From Vicugna vicugna (lineage: Eukaryota), in the NCBI GenBank assembly GCA_013265495.1, contig MU058781.1, forward strand, positions 2,210,158 to 2,274,157: 64,000 bases of DNA, in the 5' to 3' direction. A model generated the notes under the pieces. It saw only the letters and a program-made list of their open reading frames with translations. It searched no databases and was not told where the DNA came from. The position numbers and the translations under genes are program-made. The first letter of the stretch is position 1. Each line of letters begins with the position of its first letter. This document shows positions 23,096 through 37,270 of this stretch, in pieces.

Positions 23096-26010
23096 TCTCA
23101 TATAACTTCATCTTAATACAATACAGGTAGTAGTGCAATCTACAAATAACTTCATTTTGGTATAGTATAAATGGTATTGAGTTTTATAGTTAAAAGCTAT
23201 AGTCTACTTCATTTTGAGAATGGACATGAAGTTTCCACAGCGGGTTATATGTTATGCTAGACATGTGGATAATAAAAGAAAGAAAGAAAAAGACACAGTC
23301 CCTGCCCTCTGAGAGCTTATAGTGTAGTAGAGAAGATAGACAATTGCAGTACTATGTTACAGGCATTGTAGTAGAACATAGGGAGGACAGCTAAGAGAAC
23401 ATGTGGCAGGGGTCCCTAATGCAGCTGTGTGTGGTCGTATAAATAACCATGTCACATGAATGATTCATATTGAATCTTCAGTCAGTAAAACTGCTTCACC
23501 TCCACCACATGCCAGCCTTACCTTATCTAATACATAAGTCTGGACCTAAATGTCCTAATTAATCTTGTTGGTCTGCTTGTTGAGACCTTTTTGGACCCTG
23601 ATTTGCCCATGGAAAGTTTTAGCTAGCATTTTTATCAACTGCCATTTACAATTTGCTTGGCACATTGTTGACACCTTTATTCAAGTCATTTACTCCTGAA
23701 AAATTGATAAGCACCCTAGGGTAGATTTCTCAGACAACTCTGGGGGCAACAATGAGGCTGCTGATCAGCATTCTGAAAGTTGTTCATCAGTTTTCCATCT
23801 ACTTCTAGAGCACAGAACGGTGGTGGGGGAGGAGAGCACAGAGCAAGGTGGCCATCTACCTGATAAGCGACTGACCACAGAGGTTGGGGTGGCAGCAGTG
23901 GTAGTCGCTGCTGCTTTTTCTTTTTTCTTTACACATCCCACCCAAGCTGCATAATCTCTTCAAGAAATTAATGAAGCTTTAAGTTTTTAGTTGAGCTAAA
24001 AATTATGAGATCTCACTAAAATTGCTGGCACCTCAGTTTATTCTTTCAAATGGAAAAAGTAAAGCTGGACACTAAAAGAAAAATTTCAATTCCTTAGTAT
24101 GTTTTGGAGAGAAGAAAGATTAAGGAATGCAGGAGACTATTTTTACTTTTAAATATTTGTGGTACAAATGGGAAAAAGTGCATCCAGCAGTAAAGCCATT
24201 TGTGACTTCAGAGCAAGGCAAAGGTGATTTTCTCTGGATTTTTCCTATTATGTCATTCCAGATTGGTTATTTTTAAGCACATAAGCACAAATATTTATTT
24301 CTTGGCTGCTAGTTTTCAGCCTCACCTCAGTTGCTGTTTTAACAGTTGTCCTATAAATGGACAGTGCTGTGATCTCACAGGGTGCTGTAAATGGGAGAGA
24401 AGAAAGGGAAGAGCAGCATGGTGACATGACTGGAGGGAGAGCAGAGTCTACGTGAGTGCTGTTAGCAAGCAGAAGTGAGCAGGAAAGCAGGCAGAAATAA
24501 ACTCAATGAAGATGCTGGGGATGGCTCTTTGCCATTTATGGGAAAAGAGTCAGATTCTTCAGAATTATGACAAAGTGAGGCTGGTGACACTGACAACAAT
24601 GGTAAACAAACAGTCAGTTCTTTCTTTTTCTATCAACTTCTAATGGAAGAGGCAAGCACGGAGGGAATGGCAGAGCAGAAATGGAATTTGCAGAGTCAGT
24701 GCCAGGATCCCAAAGCCAAGTATGGAAGAATGGATTTGAAGTGGAGAGAGAATAGCTTAATATCTGGGTCACTGATAAAATGCTCTAAGATGAAGTCCGA
24801 ACCATTTATCATTTAGTGTGCTTGTAAGACATGGTCAGAAGTCAGAATGGTAATTAGGCAGATAGGAGAGGACTTATACTTACCCTAGGAAAGAAAATAT
24901 TATTAGTTTCCCTATGAAAATGTTATTTTTAAAGTAACTTCCATAGGAATACTCATTTATACTATGAACATTATTAGCTCATGCATTTAACACATGTCAA
25001 GATGTACCTTCTAGGTTTATGGTGTTGCTGCCCGGGGATTCTGTAGACAGAAAAAAAAGGCTCATTTAAAGTTAAGATGAGTTTTCCACTGTGACAGTAG
25101 TGAATTTATCTGAAGCCAGCTGAGGTCCTAGGCAATTTTTTTTTTTTACTATGGTCTATTCTTTATCACTAGAAGGAGTGTGTATAAGGGACAAGGAGAA
25201 AGAGAGAGAGAAAGGAAGAGAGAAATTATTAAATATAAAAAAAAATAGAAACAGTACCTCATCCTTGCTTTTTAATACGTTTTTGCAATCTCTCAAGAAG
25301 TTTGGGAGAGGGAAAGAATTTTGAGCCCGCTCTCTTTAGGCACTGATTATATAAGGTGAAATTAATTCTCCCATATGGTGCATGGAATCCACCTCACTGC
25401 TTTGCAGTCATACTTCTGCCTCACTTAAGTCTATTTGCATCCAGCTAAGCACACAGAGTAGGGTGTGGCTTAGAACAGAAAAAGAAGAGATAGGAAGGTA
25501 AAAAGAGAAAAAAAGTATGGCAGGCAAAGAGAGGGATAGAGGATAATTTATTTCTAAGCTCATCCTTCAGAAAGAGTCAAACCTATTAGGGTCCAGTCAT
25601 TCATTCAGGCATGTATACTTTTTATTGAACATTTACATGCCAAGTGTTACAGGATACAAAGTCTCTAGACACCAGGCATAGAAAGACAAATAGACATGAC
25701 CCTTACCAGCTCAAGGAGCTTTCTGTTCAGTGGAGATGCTGCATGAGTGAAATAAGCCACAGTACAGTGTGTCAAGAGCTCTATAGAGATGTGCACAGGG
25801 TGCTATGGGAGAAGAGACCAAGGATTCAAAATCACTCTAAAAGTCTAGAAGGCTTCCTGGAGGAAATAGTGCTTTTAGCTGGTTGCAAATAAAGGAAATA
25901 TTATTTGGGGAAGAGAGATGACCATCTTTTAAGGCACAGGGGCAGAAGACAGTTCAGTACAACTATAGCATAGGATGAGAGAGAAAGCAAGGGACAGGAG
26001 GAGGGGGGGC

Positions 26011-26490
26011 TGTCAAAAACTGAAGGGTACGGAATTTCCTCCTATTTGCAAACTGACTAGTTAACTTGGCACCGTTTCATGGATGCTGCCAGATGACATG
26101 AGACTCCTAGGTTGAAAACAAAGGACTTCATTATTAATGGTATAGCAGGCAACATGAGCATCAGATTTGCATCAGTTTCCCTTTCCCCCAAGTCTCACAA
26201 GAGTGATGTGATGGACCCAGTTGGATGCTACACATTCAGTGGGTTTGCGTTGCAGCTGAGGAACTGAGCCAACGGCACAGCACTTTTTGTGCAGGAGCCA
26301 GTTCTCCTGTCTCCCCTTCCAATGGAGTGAGCAGTTACATAGTAGTCATGCTGTGGTTACCTTGATCTACTTAGGTGCCTGGCTACACAAACTGCTCAGT
26401 CTCAGGAGATGGACGAATCTTGCAGTCTCGCACACTTAGCAGGAGGGCAGAGACACTTAGCACCCATGGTGGACTGTCTCTTCCAACACA
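26011..26490. mobile_element. ERVL-class LTR (MER54/MER74-like)
   Basis: TG...CA termini; tttgcaaactgactagttaacttggcaccgtttcatggatgctgccagatgacatgagactcctagg. Confidence 0.6.
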
Positions 26491-27119
26491 GGCTAGAGAG
26501 TTAAGCAGGAGCTATACCAAGTAGGGCATTTTAGGCAGTGCTAAAGCATGTGAACTTTGTCTGAAAGCATGAAGAGCCACTGACGACTTCTGACCAGAGG
26601 ACTGTGATGAAACTATAATTTGGAAAGATTACTTACATAGCTGTGTGTAGAAAGGATTAGACAGCTGAGAGAAAGCAGAAAAACTAGTTAGGAGACAATT
26701 ACAGTATACTGTGTGTGCAGTGAGATGCCCAAAACCAAAGTAGTTGGGACAGGTAGAGGAAAGTTTGTAAGTCCAAGAATACTATGTAAGGTAAGATCTA
26801 AAGCATTTTTTCTGGGGTTAGAGAAAAGAAGACATTGAAGAAAAAATGTGATAGGCTGTATTACTGATAACTTACTTTGTGTCTTGCATTTTATTAGCAT
26901 TTTACGTATATTGACTCATTTAATCTTGTTCTCTGTGAAGCAGATGCTGTTAGTATTCTTATTTTATAGATGAGAAAAACAGATGTGGCGAACCTAGAAG
27001 GTGGCCTTCTAGTCACCAGTTAGGCAACTGGATGAGTGGTGCTGTCCTCCACTGAGATGAGGCATAGCCAAAGTGGAACAGATTAAAGAGGGGAGGATAA
27101 AGCATTTGGTTTTGGCCCA

Positions 27120-27551
27120 TGTTATAGACTGAATGTTTATGTCCCCCCTAAATTCATATGTAGAAGCTCTCATCCCCAGTGTGATGGTATTTAGAGTTGA
27201 GGCCAATGGGATGTGATTAGGGTTACATGAGGTCGTGAGGGTGTGAAGAGATTAGTGGTTTTAACAGAAGACGAAGAAGTCTCCTTTCTTTTTCTCTCTC
27301 TCCACACACACGTGCGCACATACAAGCACACGCACACACACACACACACATCACGCAGGCACCAAGGCCATGTGAGCTTACAGCAAGAGGTGCCATCTGC
27401 CAGCCAAGAAGGGGACTCACTAGGAACTGAATCAGGGTGGCACCTGGATCTTAGACTTCCCATCCTCCAGAACAGTGAGAAATAAATTTCTGTTGTTTTA
27501 AGTCACCTATTCTATGGTGTTTTGTTATGACAGCCTGAGAACTCTAAGACA
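27120..27551 (+). mobile_element. MaLR solo LTR (MLT1A-like) containing a (CA)n tract
   Basis: tgttatagactgaatgtttatgtccccc...aataaatttctgttgtttt...ctaagaca; 5-bp TSD gccca/gacca. Confidence 0.9.
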
Positions 27552-28745
27552 GACCAGTTGAGTGTGAAGGATCTGGGGAGCACCTTAATAGTGATTTCTA
27601 ATAGGTATTGCAGTACATATTTCTAGACTCCAGAAGGGAGGCCTTTGTTGGAGAAATAGATTTAGATGTAGTCGTTGCATGGGTAGTAAGAAAAACCATG
27701 AATTTGGATGAAATCCTGAAAAGTGTAAAGAATGAATGGAGCAGAGGGCTGAGGGATGGAGCTGTGAAGAATGCCTACATTTTTCAAGCAGGCAGAAGAA
27801 GAAAGCCCCTCAAAAGACAGAAAAGGAGTGGTCAGAGTGGGAGGAAGGAAGAGAAGGAGAAGGCACAGAATATAAAGGAGGAGAGAATTTCACAAAGGAG
27901 GGGGTGCTTAACAGTAGCTTGACCTCAGGTTAAGTAATGAAAGCACCGTGCCCACTGAGTAAGACAATTTGTAGGTAATTTCTGGCTGTAAAGATAGTAG
28001 ACAAATTGGGGGGGGGGGTCATTGGAATTTGAATTATAAATAAAGTTGAAATACCATTTGTTAAGAAGTTACCTCTGCGAAAAAGGCTATTTTATAGGAT
28101 ATTCAGTTCATATTGGTTAGAGGGATATGTGAAGCAGACATGGCAGCAAAATGGAAATTCTTCTTTTCTTTCCTCAAAAAGTGTGTTTCCTTACCTCTCT
28201 GGAAGAGAATGCAGTTGGCTTTTAAGAAGGTCATATCAAGACTAAGCATTTGTCTTGCGTAGATTAGAGAAATTAAATAGGCATGAGTCCCAGATATTCC
28301 ACTTGTGTTTTACCTGGGTTTTAGATTCTGGTCTAGTCTTCCTGTGCCTTGCTCTTCAGCAATAAAAATTGCTTTTCAGCAGTAAAAAAAAAAAAAGTGA
28401 GGAGTTAAGAGAAGAGAAGAGGGCTGGCTATCTTGCTGATCATGCTAAAATGTACTCTTGTGTGTAAAAGTGTTGGGAGTCCAAGATATTAGGGAGCAAA
28501 AATAGGCCGAAAAGACCACATGATGAAGACCTCTTATCTTTCACTGTTAATTAACAGCCTAAGGGAGGAAATAAAGGAGAAAAGAAATGCTAAAAAATAT
28601 AAGTAAAGCATAGACATAGAGTCAACTGTGTGCTTGTTGTAGATGGAGATTACTATCATGATTATTGGTGATGCATATGGATAATGTTAATTTGTGAGAG
28701 CTGTGTGAGTACTTTCTTTTATTCTTCTCTCTTCCTGCAGGCCTC

Positions 28746-28757
28746 TGCTGACTCAGC
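28746..28757. promoter_or_regulatory. MARE/AP-1 (Maf/NFE2) motif TGCTGACTCAGC
   Basis: 12 of 13 bases of the palindromic T-MARE TGCTGACTCAGCA, in unique sequence. Confidence 0.35.
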
Positions 28758-28809
28758 TCCTCCTCTCTTATGCTCTGTTAATCTAGTCACTATACTGTCT
28801 TTGTATTTC

Positions 28810-28818
28810 TTGTGTGTA

Positions 28819-28868
<50 letters not shown>
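28810..28868. repeat. Compound (TG)n(AG)n microsatellite
   Basis: Direct read. Confidence 0.95.
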
Positions 28869-28869
<1 letters not shown>

Positions 28870-30255
28870 AAGATTCTAGATAGCTAGATATTTGGCTGTG
28901 GTAAGTAGTTCTGCAGTAGGCAAATATCCGAAAATAACCATCGGGGCTGGATAATATTCTTAGTTGAATGTAATCCAAAATGTAACCAAGTTCATAGTCA
29001 CCTGTGATTAAAGTGAACAAACACTCTCCCAGCTAAAGATGAGGGAGGAGGATGGTCTTACTGAATATTGATTATTGCACATTATCTAGCCAATTGAGGA
29101 ATTACTGAATTTTAAAGTTGGAAGGGCTTTTAGAAACGAAATTTTCTAGTGTCTTATTTTTACAGTAGAAAATTGAGGCCTAGATAAAACTAACTTATAT
29201 CTCCAAGGTCACATAGCTGGACAGTGGCAAGGCCCAACTTAACAGAGAGATTTTCCAGTAACTTTATTGTTACTCATTGCATGTGTTGTACATAGAAATA
29301 GAAGAGGTTGAATATGTTATTATGTGTTCAGACTTGTTTGAATATATTTTTTAAAACTCTGCTGTCTCTACTATACACTTAGATTTTTCATACACAGACA
29401 TTGGTTCAAAGACTTATTAAACTTTTACTTATATATCCTTAGACAACAACAATTTGTCATTTGTAGAATACAAACTAAATCTTTGAGAACCTTACCTCTT
29501 TTATCTTTCTAAATCCTGCCCTTCAAAAGCTTCTTTGGGAACCTTTCACGATGATGATGAAGGAAATAATATGGTTAGCCTGACATAAGCTTAAGTTCTC
29601 TTTGATAATCCTGCCAAAGGTGGTTCGGTAGAACACAGAGTGGTCTCTGAACCGTGAAGGGGAGAACAGGAAGCATAGAGCACAAAGAGGCGGAGAGCCA
29701 GTGAAAACTGCAGGGCCCTGGCAGTGATGTCTCAAGCTCCTGCTTGGTCTTTTCTGGAGACCTTTGTCACCTCTAATATTCACCTTTGAAACTTGCTCTG
29801 AATTGCTGCTTATAAAAATAGCAGTCATGTCACAGATGCATGTCATTCTCTCTAACATCAGACAGCTCATGTTCTTTGTTGGCATTGTTCCCTATAGCTC
29901 AAGAACGGCTTACCCTAGCATGCCTTGGGCTCGTTAGTCACAATTTTCCATCTTTACTCTTCCTTTCTTACTTCCATCAGAATTTGTAGCATCAGTTGTC
30001 AAATTACCTATTTTCATGAATGCTTAAATTTACTACTATTATTCTCATTTGTCTTTATATAGAGTATTGTCAGAAGTTCTGATGTCAGATTCCAGTTCAG
30101 CTACTTTTTAACTCTGTGGCTACAACCAAATCACCTGACTTCTCAGAGTCTTACTTTTTTCCTCTATAAAATTGGGAAATTTATACCTGACCTGCTGTTC
30201 CAATAAGATGAAGTGGGGGTGGTTCTTGTCATTTACTGGTAAGTGTTTTTTTTCA

Positions 30256-30895
30256 GTGGTAAGCAGATGGAGCCCGAGATTCCCACTCCTGATATACATA
30301 CCCTGTGTAACCTCCTCCTCTTCAGAGTAAGTGACACCTGTGAATTCGATGGGATTTTACTCCTGTGAATGGGTTAATAATCAGTTGACTATGAGTTAAT
30401 CGGAAGAGAGGTTATCCTGGTTGGGCTTGACCTAATCAAGTGAACCCTTAAAAGAGAAACTGGGGCCTTACTCAAGGGAGATATGAAGCCAGAGACACCC
30501 TGATGGCCCTAAAGAAGCAAACAGCCTTGCTGTGAACTGCCCATGAGGGATGGACCTGTGGACATGGCAAGGATTTAAGTGTGGCCTCTAAGAGCTGAGA
30601 ATGGTCCCCAGCTGACAGCTGAAAAGAAATCAGGGACCTCAGACATAAAGCCACAAATGAATGAATTTTGCTACCACCTGAGGGAGCTTGGAAACAGTTC
30701 CACCCCAGCTGAGCCTCCAGATAAGAATGCAGCTTAGCTAACACCTTGATTACAACCTGTTGAGACTGTGAATGGAAAGCACAGCTGAAGCTATGCCAGA
30801 ATTCCTGGCCCACAGAAACTGTGAGATAGTCAATTTGTGTGATTTAACACTGCTAAATCTGTGGTAATTTATTATGCAGCAAAAGAACTAATACA
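30256..30895 (+). mobile_element. MaLR LTR (MLT1E-like)
   Basis: gagcctccagataagaatgcagc...cccacagaaactgtgagatag...gtggtaatttattatgcagcaaaagaactaataca. Confidence 0.85.
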
Positions 30896-31227
30896 GTTAC
30901 TCAGTACTGAACATCAAGAGGTGAGGGGTAAAGGAAATGGATATTTTCTTTTCTTACCCCCATAACAGCTAGGCCACAGGATTGGCCAATTAGATGTGTC
31001 CACCTGCACCTCTGCATCTGGAGGGAAGGACACAAATACTCAGGCGCCATTAGAGGTCAACCCCAGAGGATGGCAGCCATGGTGCCAGAGTCTGGGGCAG
31101 CTTTCAGACCAGCAATGACTATGGCATGAATTTGGTAGTGCCACAAAGTCCCTTAAGTTCCTGACTGTTCTACATACTTTGGTGTTTATGTAAACTATCT
31201 GTGAACTATCCATTATTCTTCCAGTAC

Positions 31228-32602
31228 TTTTTTTTTTTTAATTGAAGTACAGTCAGTTACAATGTGTCAGTTTCTGGTGTACAGCACAATATCCCAGTCA
31301 TGCATATACATACATATATTTGTTTTCATATTCTTTTTCATTAAAGGTTATTACAAGATATTGAATATAGTTCCCTGTGCTATACAGAAGAAATTTTTTA
31401 TATCTATTTCTATATAGAGTGGCTAAGTAGTTTTGATTTGCATTTCTCTGATAATTAGTGATATTAAGCATTTTCTATGTGCCTGTTGGCCATTTATATA
31501 TCTTCATTAGAGAATTGCTTATTCAAGTCTTCTGCCCATTTTTGGATTGGGTTGTTTGTGTTTTTGTTATTAGGTTGTATGAGCTGTTTATATATTCTGG
31601 AAATTAAACCTTTGTCAGTCACATCATTTGCAAATATTTTCTCCCATTCTATAGGTTGTCTTTCTGTTTTGCTTATGGTTTCTTTTGCTGTGCAAAAGCT
31701 TATAAGTTTAATTAGGTCCCATTTGTTTACTTTTGCTTTTATTTCTATTGCCTGGGTAGACTGCCCTAGGAGAACATTGTGAACATTTATGTCACAGAAG
31801 TTTTGCCTGTTTTCATCTAAGAGGTTTATCGTGTCTTGTCTTATATTTAAGTCTTTAAGCCATTTCGAGTTTATTTTTATGTATCATGTGAGGGAGTGTT
31901 CTAAGTTCATTGATTTACTGCTGCTATCCAGTTTTCCCAGCATCACTTGCTGAAAAGACTATCTTTTCCCCATTGTATATTATTCTTGCCTCCTTGGTTA
32001 AAGATTAATTGACCATAGGTCTCTGGGTTTATTTCTGGGCTCTCTGTTTTGTTCCATTGACCTATATGTCTGTTTTTAGGCCAATGCCATGCTGTTCTGA
32101 TTACTATAGCTCTGTAGTATTGTCTGAGGTCTGGGAGGGTTATTCTTCCAGCTTTGTTCTTTTTCTTCAGTATTGCTTTGGCAATTCTGGGTCTTTTGTG
32201 ATTCTATGTATTTGTTCTAGTTTTGTGAAAAATGTCATGGGTAATTTGATAGGGATCACATTAAATTTCTAGAATGCCTTGGGCAGTATGGCCATTTTAA
32301 CAATATAGATTCTTCCAATCCAAGATCATGAGATATCTTTCCATTTCTTTAAATCATCTTTAATTTCCTTAATCAGTGTTTTGTAGTTCTCCATATATAA
32401 GTCTTTCACCTCCTTGGTCAAATTTATTCCTAAGTATTTTATTGTTTTGGATGCAATTTTAAAAGGAATTGTTAGTTTCTTTACCTTCCTGCTATTTCAT
32501 TGTTAGTGTAAAGAAATGGAACTGATTTCTGTATGTTAATCTTGTATCCTGCTACTTTGCCATATTCTTTTATCAGCTCTAGTAGTTTCTGTGTGGAGCT
32601 TT
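31228..32602 (-). mobile_element. 5'-truncated L1 (camelid/artiodactyl type) with an internal deletion near 31425
   Basis: Poly(T) at 31228, 3' UTR, then an abrupt jump into antisense ORF2 (gtagttttgatttgcatttctctgataattag); inserted in an older MLT-like LTR. Confidence 0.9.
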
Positions 32603-33816
32603 ATTTTCACTGCAATTAGCCAGAAATAGCTTCTGTTATTTGCCACCAAGAATTTGGATTATTATAGACCATATATGTAAAATTACTTTGTAAACTGTGA
32701 CAAATAGTATAAACATAGCTACCATTTACATTGTTTCTCTGCTTTCATTTTCCTTCAGACACACATATATGACTTTAGGCTCTCTCTGAGCTGTTGTAAT
32801 TTCTTGGTGTCATTCTGTATGCTGATACTCCAATAAATCAATGTACCTTTACTCTAAAAATATTAAATAGAAGTAATATGTAAATGTGTGAAAATGAGAC
32901 TATTAGCAGAAAAATTGAGTCATCACATTTAGGGACTCATAAGAGGGACCATTTCCTGGGAGTTTGAAGAGATTATTTAGGTTTAAGGACATGCCTTTAG
33001 TCAAACTCAGAGGTCAAACAGAGCAATCTCTGCCTGCCTTAACCCATTTAGAATACATGTGCCTGCTACTTGGAGGATCTCCAAGGAAGATACTTTCTTG
33101 ACTATTCTTCTGAATGGGCTTGAGTCTTAGGAACATGTATTCCAGTTTGTTGAGATTCATATCTAGGATTCACATCTTCATTTGCAGTGAACCACAAGTC
33201 TGTACATATCTTCACAGACTTCTTATATCCCTGCTACTGCAAAGGTATAAATGCAGCGGCAAGCATCGTCTTTGAAAATGTACGATTGAAAAACACGGTT
33301 TAAAGAAACCACTGCGTTTATCAGAGCCACCTCAGGGCGTTAGGAGTTTGGGCAGCTAAACACACTCAGTCCTTGCTCTTAGATTTACGTGTTGGGGTTT
33401 TGAGGCTATAAAAAGTTTAAGGGCACTTTATGCCTCATCTGTTTGTTTTCACTGTCTAAACCCAGGACCATTGGGTTCGTTTGCATATGGCCACTGGGGC
33501 TCTGGAAACCCTTTATACAGAAAAGCCCCTGCATTTTAAGGGAAAAGACTATAATCATGACCTTCTCCACTCATAGCATTTGCATCTAGTCTCCAACAAG
33601 GGGAAGTGAGGTTTTTGCCACTGACCCATGGCAAGAGAACTCTGGTGAAGCAGAAGGCCTACTTGGGGCTGGAGGCAGTCAGAGAACAAGAGTTCTCTTT
33701 AGAGCACAGAGAACTTGGTAGGGAGAAGAGGAGTTATGCTGCTGTGTGGTGCTTTGCTGAGTATCTTCCCCCATATAACAACCAGAGGACTTTATTTAAG
33801 TTTCTAAATAGAGAAA

Positions 33817-34757
33817 AAACAAGCAATTCTCCAAGGAAGACATACAAATGATCATAAAGCACATGAAAAAATGCTCAATATCACTAATTATCAGAGAAAT
33901 GCAAATCAAAACTACAATGAGGTATCACCTCACACCAGTCAGAATGGCCATCTTTCAAAAATCCACAAATGACAAATGCTGTAGAGGCTGTGGAGAAAGG
34001 GGAACCCTCCTACACTGCTGGTGGGAATGCAGTTTGGTGCAGCCACTATGGAAAACAGTGTGGAAATTCCTCAAAAGACTAGGAATAGACTTACCATATG
34101 ACCCAGGAATCCCACTCCTGGGCTTGTACCCAGAAGGAAATCTACTTCAGGATGACACCTGCACCCCAATGTTCATAGCAGCACTATTTACAATAGCCAA
34201 AACATGGAAACAGCCTAAATGTCCATCAACAGGTGACTGGATAAAGAAGATGTGGTATATTTATACAATGGAATACTACTCAGCCATAAAAACCGACAAC
34301 ATAATGCCATTTGCAGCAACATGAATGCTCCTGGAGAATGTCATTCTAAGTGAAGTAAGCCAGAAAGAGAAAGAAAAATACCATATGAGATCGCTCATAT
34401 GTGGAATCTAAAAAACAAAAACAAAAACAAACAAACAAACAAAAACAAAGCATAAATACAGGACAGAAATAGACTCACAGACAGAGAATACAGACTTGTG
34501 GTTGCCAGGTGGGTGGAGGGTGGGAAGGGATAGACTGGGATTTCAAAATTGTAGAATAGATAAACAAGATTACACTGTATAGCACAGGGAAATATACACA
34601 AAATGTTATGATAAATCACAGAGAAAAAAATGTGACAATGAGTGTGTATATGTCCATGAATGACTGAAAAATTGTGCTGAACACTGGAATTTGACACAAC
34701 ATTGTAAAATGATTATAAATCAATAAAAAAATATTAAAAAAAAAAGAAAAAAGAAAA
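33817..34757 (+). mobile_element. Young 5'-truncated L1 (ORF2 C-terminus, 3' UTR, poly(A))
   Basis: ORF 33848-34324 [30 protein letters not shown]...HCWWEC is the L1 ORF2 C-terminal region. The 3' UTR is nearly identical to the 12.6-13.1 kb copy. Confidence 0.97.
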
Positions 34758-35823
34758 AGCTGCCAACATGACCTCAATAGAGAAAGCTGTAAAAGTGAAT
34801 AAATATAGGTACCTCAGGTAGCAGTTTACCTGTAACTCTTGGGACAGAAATGGTGAGCGCACCAGAAAGCCAGCAGCCAAGTGACAGTTGGTGTTGGTGG
34901 TGGGGCACAGAGTGCACTGGTGGTAAAAGTAGCAGCTGTGGAGAAGCAGAGCAGGGACAGAAAGCCTGCCCTCTGACCTCACTGGCATCAGACCCAGACT
35001 GGGTGGGCAGCAGCTAGAGAGGATCAGTCTGGAGGCTGCCCCAGGCCTGGCTGTCGGCTGGCCATAGCTATCCTGGAGGAACCTGTTACTCTGAGATTCC
35101 TTATACTGACTCGACACTAATGGGAGAAGGCATGGGAGAAGACAGAGAAGACACTTCGCAGTGTTTGGAGTCCCATGGCATCTATGTGGCTGTTTTATTT
35201 CGCAGGCATAGGCTTGGCTGGGAATAATGGTTGTGTACCAGTTGATGCAGCAGAATCAACCTGGCAATCAAACCCTTTGGTTAATATGAGGTCAGAAGAG
35301 CTATGCCTCTGTCCCTTCAGTTTGCATTTATGAACATGGCCTGTGATTTAGGGATATCTTGTACCATTTACATTTTCTATGAAAGTGATGCTTCCAATTA
35401 AGGATAATATAATGTCAGTATTTCAAGGTTCAAAAGATAACAAATAGGTAAACAAAGTTTAAATTTTATTCCTTGTTTTATATAAAAACAGATGGGGCTG
35501 TAAGTGGGGTGCTTTATGTTTAGAAAAATTGATCACTGATTTGCACTCGGTTCATTCTATTCATACTAGTTTAACAAAAGGTCATGAGAGAACAAGGACA
35601 CTGATGTTTACAAATACTTGGGTTATTGCTGGAACCTGATGTGATTGATAACAGGCACTTCTCTAATGGATATTCTGATTGGTTACTTTGATCAAGGCTT
35701 TGGTATGGCTGAGAGAGGGAGAATAATGGAGCCTGATTAGGAGCCCTTCTACCTACCAGGGAGTGATGAGTTGGCCAGGAATGAAAATATGAACAATAAC
35801 CATGATGTGAGCAAGCCAAGGAA

Positions 35824-35847
35824 GGCAGCAGCAGCAGCAGCAGCAGC
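35824..35847. repeat. (GCA)n trinucleotide repeat
   Basis: gcagcagcagcagcagcagcagc. Confidence 0.9.
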
Positions 35848-36719
35848 TCTGTATTGAGCGATTATGCCAGTTATGTCTTCTAATTGTCGCAGTAAGATGG
35901 TAGGGATTATTATCCCCTTTTTACAACTTAACAGTAATATACCTAAGGACACACAGTTAGTAAATGGACTAATGATGATGATAATGATGATGACAATGAA
36001 GATAAGATCTTACTGTTTATCATGCTTTTCTGTTTAGAGAATGAATTCCTATTAAATAAATAGTCTCATTGGATCCCTGTAGTACTTAGGTGATGCAGTT
36101 TTATTATCATCATTCCATTTTTTATGTAGAAAAATTTGGACTAAAACTGTTTTCAAAAGTAATATTTATTAAAATAATAAGTCAAAATTCCTCCTTCATA
36201 TTAATTGCAGATTCACCAGTTTTTAGCTGTGTGACATTAAGAAAGTTACTTAATTTCTGTAAGCCTTAGTCCTTTAAACCTACTTTTTGGAGTACAAGGA
36301 ATGAATGTGATGATTATTGTAAATTGTTTAGTGTCATTAGAGTTCAGTAAATATTAGCTATTTCAAAACAGTTATCACTGCAAGTTGAAAATTCCTTGGG
36401 CTTTTTTCATGGGATTTGTTTTACAAAATTGTCAAAAGAACTTTTTAATAAGGTGTCCTGTCCTTCAAACAGTACCATGGCATAACCAAGACAAGCTGGA
36501 TTGAAAATAGATTGTCTGCTTATATATTTTGCCTTTTAAAATATTTTTTCCTCAATATATTGACTCAGCAACTATATGATTAATGCCTTCTATGTGCCCT
36601 TTACAATGCAAGACACTGGAGATAAGCCAATGAACCAAACCTGGTCCTATTTTCAAAGAGCTTGCAGTTCAAGAAGGCAGCCATTTATGTGGATAATGCC
36701 AATGTGGTGTGGTGAGTAC

Positions 36720-37270
36720 ATTTTAACCTTATAGTTCCACTTCTAAATATTTTCCTAAGAGAAAAGGGAACATATATTTACAAAAGTACTTGTATGAGAC
36801 AGTTCATAGCAACTTTATTTATAACTCAAACTGATGTTGACCAAATGTGTATAGTAGGAAAATGGAAAAACAGATTATGGTATATCCATACATACCAAAA
36901 GCAATAAAAAGGCTGAAACATGGATGCAAAGACATGGATAACCTCAAAAACATCATGTGCATGCTGAGGGAAAGAAGCCAGACACAAAAGAACACATCCT
37001 ATCTAATATAATATGAAATTCTGTAATAGACAACACTAATCTATGATGAAAGGAGTCGTAAAAGTGATTGCCTGGGGTTGGAGGTGGAACATGGATTGAC
37101 CTGAAAGGGGCAGGAGGAAGCTGTCTGCAGTGATAAAAATGTTCCATATCCTGATTGGGGGCAGGAGATGTGGATATTCAGGTGTACGCATTCGTCAGAA
37201 CTCATCAGACTGAACATTTAAGATGAGTGCACTTCACTGTATATAAATTCTACCTTAATTTTTAAAAAGT
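36720..37270 (+). mobile_element. L1M 3' end
   Basis: catggataacctcaaaaacatcatg...gaaagaagccagacacaaaaga...ttcactgtatataaattctacctt. Confidence 0.8.

Larger units (their letters stand above)
25595..27900. mobile_element. L2 element fragmented by later LTR and MIR insertions
   Basis: tcattcattcagg...ttattgaacattta; gaaggcttcctggaggaaat; gagccactgacgacttctga; ggagaaatagatttagatg. Confidence 0.6.

Noticed and set aside
33322..33342. Possible CTCF motif gccacctcagggcg
   Set aside because: Mismatches at core positions in both orientations.
33848..34324. 158-aa ORF as a host gene
   Set aside because: L1 ORF2 C-terminal fragment in a 5'-truncated element, ending at a premature TGA.
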